In this document: piece after piece, positions 56,318 through 64,000 of the stretch | Layout of the letters: every line of letters begins with the position of its first letter | Position numbering within the stretch: the stretch's first letter is position 1 | Assembly: GCF_009914755.1 (NCBI RefSeq) | Contig: NC_060928.1 | Origin: the human T2T-CHM13v2.0 reference genome, Homo sapiens | Reading direction: 5' to 3' (one strand) | Length of the DNA: 64,000 nucleotides | Program-made: the position numbers and the translations under genes | The notes under the pieces: generated by a model | Seen by the model: only the letters and a program-made list of their open reading frames with translations | The model's database searches: none | What the model was told of the DNA's origin: nothing

Positions 56318-56681
56318 TAGATAATCCCCAACTTACAGTGGCTCAACTTACAATTATTCAACTTTACAATAATGTAAAAATAATGTACATTTGGTAGAAA
56401 CCATACTTCAAGTATCTGTAAAACCATTCTGTTTTTCACTTTCAGTACAGTATTTAATATACTATATAAGACATTCAACAACATACTGTAATATGGGCTT
56501 CATCTTAGGTTATTTTCCCCAACTGTAGGCTAATGTAAGTGGCCCAGGCACATTTAAGATAGATGAGGCTAAGCTATGATGTTCAGTAGGTTAGGTGTAT
56601 TAAGTGCATTTTCAATATATAATATTTTCAATTTATAATAAGCTTGTGATGTAATGCCACCGTAAGTCATGGAGCATCCTC
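56318..56681 (-). mobile_element. MER47A (TcMar-Tigger) DNA transposon
   Basis: CCATTCTGTTTTTCACTTTCAGTACAGTATT, CAACTGTAGGCTAATGTAAGTG, GCTAAGCTATGATGTTCAGTAGGTTAGGTGTATTAA; TIR CCCCAACTTAC / GTAAGTCATGGAGCATC. Confidence 0.85.
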
Positions 56682-59600
56682 ATATGTTTTCCTATTTTTC
56701 AAGAGGAGTCTCTGATTCAGACAAATAAAGAAGCTTAATAATATCTGACTTCTCACGAGGGCTTATTCTGTATCATTTTTTAAGCATTGCTCATAGGTAC
56801 TGTTAGTCTTCTCATTTTATCCATAAAAATGCGGAGACACAGAGAGGCCAACTAACTTTCCCATTGCTTCAAAGCTAATGAATCCTAGATCTGGGACCCC
56901 AATCAAGTTTTCTGACTTTAAACCTGTACTAATTTCACAATACTATACTGCCTGAAAAAAAAAAAAAAAAAAAAAACAGATAAAGGAAACAAACAAAAAG
57001 AAAAGAAGGAAGAAAGAAAAAAAAAGGAAAGGATGATGAGAACCATTTATAGAAAGCAGGCAGGACACTTAAGACAAATATTAAATTCTTCTCAAATTTC
57101 TAAGAGCTAAAGCTTCTCGATGACTAAATCTTTTCCTAGAGGTAACATATGTACTGAGAGAGCCTCATACATTTTGTTAGGACACAGGAGAACTATTTAG
57201 AACAACACTTAGTAGACAGAACATTTATGACTTCCCCATCTAGAAAAAAAAAATGATTCTTCAGGAAACAGCAACTGAAATATCAATGTCAGCACCAAAG
57301 CTAAAAATTCTCCCCTGTGTAGATTCTTGTATTATCTCTATTTCATTCTTCTTCTTGGGACCTATTGGATTATTCACAAAGTCATTACCTTTCAATAACA
57401 AACTGTACAGTTATACAAATACTTTAGTAAATGTCTTTCGGGATCATGTAATTCCTTTAGGGAATATGTGAGGAAACCCCCTGTCTACTTGATTTACAAA
57501 ATGCAGATGGTTAGTAATTCTTGAATTGTTATTGATGCCTCCTAACATCTTTCTCAGCACCCTTAAAGAGAGTGATATAATTCTTCAAGACATAATATTA
57601 CACTTAGGAATTGCTCTAAAAGATCATTAATCTTTTGTGCATGACTCTAAGCACTCAGCTAGTGTTAAATAAACCATGACAAGAAATGAAATTCAAAATA
57701 CTTTGATTTCTGCAAAATGCTCTCCATTTGCCAATTATGTCCTACCATATTTCATTTTATCAGTTATTCATTATTCTTGGCTAAAAACACAGTTATGACA
57801 AATAGTGTATCTCAGAGGAAGTTTCATGATTTTCCAAAAAAATATGATCAATATGTTTCAGCCAAGCCATTGCTTATATTTTTCACTTGGTGAAAGTAAT
57901 ATTGTGAATGATGATGATGGTGATTTTATTTGTAGCTGTTGATAAATTTGGCTTTTAGGAATATAAATATAACTAAAAGGAATATAAAACCAAATGGCAC
58001 AGTTATCAAAAAGATGTCTGCTTAATATAGAATGAACTTTCACCAAGAAGAAAGGGAATCAGTGAAGAAAAATTCTATTCTTATTACATAATTTAGAATA
58101 ACAAAAATAATAAATTCAATAAGCAAGAAAAGGAGCTCCACCCCCCACCTCCCACCTTCTAGGAATAGACTAACAAACATCAAAGCTTTAAACTTTAAAT
58201 CATCCACTTTCTTCTTATAAAAGAAATATTGTGACCTATAGAGAGGGAACGGAACTGCTTATCAGATATCAGTCTGATCTTGGGCCTTGGATACTGTGCA
58301 GCTTAAGAAAAATCACTTAAACTGTCTGAACCTCGAATTTTTTACTACATTAAGTGTTTCTAAGCAGTACTTCAAGTAGCAAACAAGATAATAAACTTAA
58401 AAAATCAATACATATAAAGAGCTTTTAAAGTATAAAGAATCACTCTTATTATGGTACATTCTCTAGATAAAAAGTATTTTCATAGTATTAAAACAAGATT
58501 CAAATTAAAATCATGAATTATTCATGTCTACAAGCAGTAAAACCACATAAACACAAATTTACTAATAGTTTATACATTAAAAACATACATATGAATCAAT
58601 AGATTTATGAAATTAACATAAATTTATATATCATTATACATCACCATTATAAGCAATACACTGTAACTAACAACAGAAGTTTGAGGTATTCAACAACATA
58701 ATAAAATTTGTCTATACATCTTCTAACCTGCTGTGTTTCTTTGATGCTTCCAGAATTTTTCTTTTTTTTTTTTGGCATTCAAACCTATAAGCCTCTTGAA
58801 GTCAAAGATTCTCAAAGATTGTCTGTATATCCTAGCTATTGACACATCCACATTTATGGGATCCTGGTTCCTTTTTTATTTTTACAGAGAAGAACCAGGA
58901 GGGCTTTTTGATTAAAATCTAAACTTTTGAAGCTTGCAGAAAAGGGGTATAGGTTCAAAGGGTGGTGGTGAGGGTAGAAAGATGTTACACATAAAAGCCT
59001 TAGCAAAAAAGAGAATATAGTCAAATGTCACATGCTCTGGTATGTTGGAGGACGAGTCAGGCCAAGAGGAGGGATGTGGGTCTAAGACTAAGGGGGTTAA
59101 TGCTGGGATGGGTATGTGGTAACACCAGAGTGAGGGGATACTGAATGCTACTCTAAGAAATGCTCAATTTCCTCGTGAGTAGTGGGGAAATTTTAGAGCC
59201 AGGTAGTGAGATGACCAGGACCTTGGTTGAGAAAGTTTGCTCAGGCCTCGGGTACAGGTTAGAATACAGCAGGAAGAGAGGCAAGAGAACTCAGGAAAGA
59301 AAGATCCATAAGAAAGCATGTGGTTCTTTAATATCTTCCTTCGCTTTGTACTGGTTTTCTTTTCCTAAGTGTTTAGCTAAGTAATATATCCTCTTCTATC
59401 CTGCTCCCTCACTCTGAGATTCCTATATTCACAGTAATATGATCTAAAAAAAAGATTGTAAATTTTGGGATGTAATACAACTATGTGCAAATCTCAGCTC
59501 TCCAAAATACTAGCTGTGCAAACCTAGAAATTTTCATGACTTTTCTGAGTCTTCCTCATCTATAAAAAGGGAATCATGGCAGCCACCTTTCAGGCAGAAT

Positions 59601-61501
59601 ATGAAACTTACATGACACTTAGTAGGCCCTTAGGAAAGTCTGGTTGCTATCATCTTCATTCGTGCTCTTTAATCTAATGTGACCTTTTTTCTACAGAAGA
59701 GCAAATGGGTCCATTGAGGAACCTATTTGGGCTTGCCCAAAATGCCTTAGCAAGATAAAGAAGTGGTACTAATGGCTCCTGACCATTAGGCTGAGGCCTG
59801 CATCTTCACTGTTTCATATATTTTTCCTTTCTTCTCAATGTGCTGATATGCAAATGCTCAGGTAAGCCACTCCCTGCTGCTTCTCTTCTGCTAGTGCTGT
59901 CAGCAAATCCTCCAGGTCACGTAGCTTTATTCCTGCCATCACCAGCAGCTTGCATATGCCATGCTTATATGTGTGGAAGATATGTCTGTACTTTGTTAGC
60001 CTCAAGCTACATATTAAATCTTATCTTCTGTTTTGTTGACTTAACTGCAAAGGGAAACTACACTTGTATATTATTTCTAAGTATTTATAGATATAATTTT
60101 TAATACACACAATCTTGTCTGGTATATTCTTCATTCTAACACTAGTCAGTTGGATTTTTATTTACTATTTAATTTTATAAACAGCATAGTAATAGTCATC
60201 TTTGGGTATACAGAAATATTGTGTATAGACAAATTTTCTTAATTTCAATTTCCTATATGATGATGGTCATAATACAAATTGCCATCATTCATTGGTTTTT
60301 TAATTCTAAGTTTGCACTGAGCACTTCACATGCTCACTGAATACAAAGAGAATACACACCCACTCACTGAATATGCATGACAATTCTGCTAGATTGTGCT
60401 ATTGTTCTTCCCATTTTTAACAGATTAGAAAAGTGATGTTCAAAGATACTAAGGGCCCTGTCAAGGTCACTCAGCTAGTAAGTGGAAGTACCAGAATGAG
60501 GGCCAGGTCTGCCAGAGTTCAGGGTCTGTGAATACACCTTATTATATTATTGTGGCCTGCATATGTTTTAAAAGACACAAAAATATAAAAGGCCTATAAA
60601 ATCTTAAAAAAAAAAATAAAACACACACGCAACAAGAAGTTAACAAATTATCTGAAACTTAATCTTGCTATCATCATGGTCTCAATGGGATTTCCTCCTA
60701 GAACTCATGCAAAGTGGGAAGTACCTTTTAGGTTTCATTTTTAACTGGAAGAATCTAATAATGAGGATGCAAGACACTAACAGACCCTTTACTGTGAGAT
60801 TCCTCGAGATGTGAGAATGTTGCCATCTCCCTAGCAATTGCTAAATGTTTAAACAAACCACTGTATGGGTGTTACTAGCAAGGGAGAGAGTTCTAAGATT
60901 CTGTAAGTATTCTGAGGACAAAAACAGATTTAAAAAAACAACAATTTAAGGATGACAGAAAATAAACAATGCAGCTGAAACCAATTATCAGAGTGCTGCT
61001 GACAATATTCAATTGAAAATGCCCTTTAAAAAAAACAACAACATATACAACCATTTATATCTGGTCAAGAAAGCCAATATCCAGGCCTTCAAAAGACAAA
61101 ACCCCTTGCCATTTAGAGGAGGATACAGGAGTCACACTAACACAGCAACAGTGAATGATTGAATAAAATTACAGAATTGAGTATTTGACCATGAACCATG
61201 CACTGTTTTTTAGGCTGAGGACTGAGTCATCAATGGAGCCTCAATAGCAGGAAAGTTTTATAGAAGAAGCAGAGATTGCTCATATGATTCTGTAGAATTT
61301 AGGTGCAAGAAAGGTAATTTGGGTTTACCTGGTCCAACTCACTCTCTGAGCCACATCAAACTGCTCTGACTCTGTGACTTGAAGATGTGAAAGGAAAAGA
61401 AATCTCAGGACCCCAAAAGCATCAAGCCAAAGGGAAAACTCAGCCTGGGAACTGCCTTGGGCAAACCTGTCTCCCATTCTATTCCTAAATAAGATAGCTA
61501 C

Positions 61502-61580
61502 AGAGAGAGAGAGAGAGAAGGAAGGAAGGAAGGAAGGAAGGAAGGAAGGAAGGAAGGAAGGAAGGAAGGAAGGGAAGGAA
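61502..61580. repeat. (AG)n followed by (GGAA)13 G (GGAA)2 microsatellite
   Basis: 13 consecutive GGAA units at 61520-61571 and two more at 61573-61580. Confidence 0.97.
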
Positions 61581-61950
61581 AACCTACATATCTCTGTCAC
61601 AATTAGCCCACAAGGAAATTCCTCATGGAAAAAGGACTGACAGAATTCTAAGTCATCCCTCTGCTCAAGTGAGACAAATGCATATCCAATTGCTTCCTTT
61701 ACCCTATCATTTCACTAAGCTAGACTATGGCACAAGTTGCTATTCCTGTAAATTGTGTATTCAGCTAAAGGCTAATCAGAAACTCAAAAGAATGCAACTA
61801 TTTATCTATTTTCTACCTATGATTTGGAAGCTCCCTCCCTGCTTCAACTTGTCCCTCCATTCCAGACAGAACCAATGTACATCTTACATATATTGATTGA
61901 TGTCTCATGTCTCCCTAAAATATAAGTAAAGCAAGCTGTGTCCCTACCAC

Positions 61951-62511
61951 TGTTAAATATAGTGAATTCCAAGTTTATCTTCAAAGAATCAGTATGTCAG
62001 TATGTTCAGCTCTCTTATTCTTTGTTCTCCATTTTAAAGTTTAACTTCCTGGTTCTCTTCATCCTCTTGCCTCTAGTTTCAGTAAACAACTTACCCGCCA
62101 GTTCTAATCAGTAATTCACATCTGTTCCCCTGGTCACCTGCTTTGACCTGAGTCACCCCTGGTCACCTGCTCCATACTGACTCATCCTGAGTCACCTGTT
62201 CTGTAACTGTCCTTCCTGCCAAACTACTCACCCTGCCACTTTGACTCGTACCCCTCTCTCTTTAAAATAACCAATCGTAATTAGCGTAGACTGTGTGGTC
62301 CAATCCTAGCCAATAGGGGAACAACACAGCAGCAGAGGCTACCTGCGTCAGGAATAAGAATCCCCTCCCCTCCCTTGTTCAGGTATTCTCTTTCCATCGT
62401 TCCATCCACAAGTCACATGCTTCTATAGAAGTAAAGTTGCCTTGCTGAGAAAAATTCTTGGTGTGCTAGTTCTTCTTTTTGGCACCAAGGAACAAGCATT
62501 TGTTTCTAACA
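61951..62511 (+). mobile_element. LTR10 (LTR10A-like, HERV-I) solo LTR
   Basis: TGTTAAATATAGTGAATTCC..TCAAAGAATCAGTATGTCAGTATGTTCAG..CCCCTGGTCACCTGCT repeats..TTCTAACA; 4-bp TSD CCAC/CTAC. Confidence 0.85.
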
Positions 62512-62580
62512 CTACCTTAACCTTGGCAAAATAAAATTTCTAAATTGACTGAGACTTGTCTTAGATGTTTTGGATTCACA

Positions 62581-64000
62581 AATTGGTGACAAATGGAAGG
62601 GACATTGAGTGGAGGTGGCCCTAACCTTTGGCAAATCTCCTATCAGTGCTTGGTACCAACTTGAGCTCTTTATGGCTCAAATCAATAGGACAAATTGCTG
62701 AAGCTTTGGAGCCCCCCGCTTTCTCTAGAGAATCTTTAATCTCCCCAATTTAGTTGACATCCAAAGTTTGTTTTGCTGTAAAACTCCTTTTCTGGAGTCA
62801 AGAGACTTCATACGTATCTCTACCAAATACTATAAGGGGTCAAAATTTGAAATAAGAGTTATTAAAATATAAACCCAGACCAAAACAGAATGACCTTTGC
62901 TTGTGTAATTTTTGATAAATAAGACATTAATATTGGTTTAATGAAAATAGCTAAAACTTGAATTATTTTGTAAAATAATCATGTATCTAAACTTAAGGTT
63001 CTCACTTAGGTAAACACCTGAAATCCACAAGCTATAAAATGGTTGACAGGAAAGTAACATTAAATGATAACTATTGCAGGTTTCGTAAATAATCTAGGTA
63101 AACTATTAAAATAAAATAATTATGGAAATGTAATGAAATAAGTACTTGTAGATAAACTTGTCATAATTTAGAATCTAAACTTATATTCAGGTAAATAATA
63201 GACATTTCATTAAATGGATATTTTTCAATTAAAAAATGTACACATGTAGGAAAACATTCTTTCTTAAAAAATATGTGGTCTTGTTAAAAGGTGAATATTG
63301 TTTGTCTACTTCAAAACTTATTCAAATGTTATATATAAAACAAGGTGAAAGGAACCAGGAAAAAAGAGAGATGTAAAGAACATTATAGAAATAAAGAGGT
63401 ATTTTTGTTAAGAAAGTTTAAAGAAAAATAATTTATATGAGAAAGAACCTCATAAGGTAAATTTTTGTCCTAGAATAAAATGACTGGTTCTTTAAGAAAG
63501 AGGGATGTTCAGGACAAACCAGAATGTCCAAGCATGTAATAAATGGTTTGTATAAATCATAATAAGGGAACTTTAGGGAAAAAAAACTTATATGATCAAG
63601 TTGTCTATAATTAAAGGGAAATTATAATGGTATTTCCAGAGATTGGGTTTTCTATTAAAAGAACACGTAGACCATAAAGAATTGGTTAGAACAAAACAAT
63701 TTTCTTAAGGTAGTGCTTTATTCTTAAAAAATTTACTGGATATTATTTTTTAATGCAAAGTTCAAATTTATCTGTTTCAGCTTTCTCTCCCCTTACAAAA
63801 TGTCTGAAATAATAATTCTATCCAACTCATTTTCAGCTCCTGTAAGTATTTTTTCCCCACTTTGGGTTCTAACTGTTTGCTGTAGCCTGATGCCAAAAAT
63901 GTTTTATCTTAAAGGTCTAAAGGAAATGTTTGTTCTAACATAATATTATTTGCTTTTGGCTTAATTTGTTCTATGAATCTGAAAATTTGCACTTACGACC
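62581..64000 (+). mobile_element. MER4-group internal region (non-coding, AT-rich), continues beyond the window
   Basis: PBS-like TGGTGACAAATGGAAGGGAC at 62584 directly after the LTR; AT-rich, ORF-less sequence typical of MER4-int. Confidence 0.75.

Larger units (their letters stand above)
61386..62580 (+). mobile_element. MER4A-type LTR (ERV1), 5' LTR, split by LTR10
   Basis: TGTGAAAGGAAAAGAAATCTCAGGACCCC..GGCTAATCAGAAACTCAAAAGAATGCAAC..ATTGATGTCTCATGTCTCCCTAAAA [insert] CTTAACCTTGGCAAAATAAA..TTCACA. Confidence 0.88.

Overview
This window is AT-rich primate genomic DNA, most likely human or another ape (Alu J/S/Y, THE1/MST, HERV-H). It looks intergenic or intronic. I find no supportable host protein-coding exon, RNA gene or CRISPR array; the listed ORFs are transposon remnants or chance frames. 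The window is dominated by transposable elements. There are four proviruses: a ~5.8 kb deleted HERV-H/LTR7 (4412-10205, +), an internally deleted HERV-L/MLT2A1 (26474-30488, -) nested in an L1P that is itself nested in an old L1M, a very old LTR33-flanked ERVL (~46975-52606, +) with four nested insertions, and a MER4 element running off the right edge whose LTR holds a (GGAA)13 tract and a nested LTR10. There are also several solo MaLR/ERVL LTRs, 8 Alus, L1/L2/MIR fragments and DNA transposon fossils. I cannot support a wholly new biological system. The most interesting signals are locus-specific rearrangements and candidate LTR-derived regulatory modules. Subfamily names come from my recollection of consensus sequences, and boundaries of old elements are approximate.
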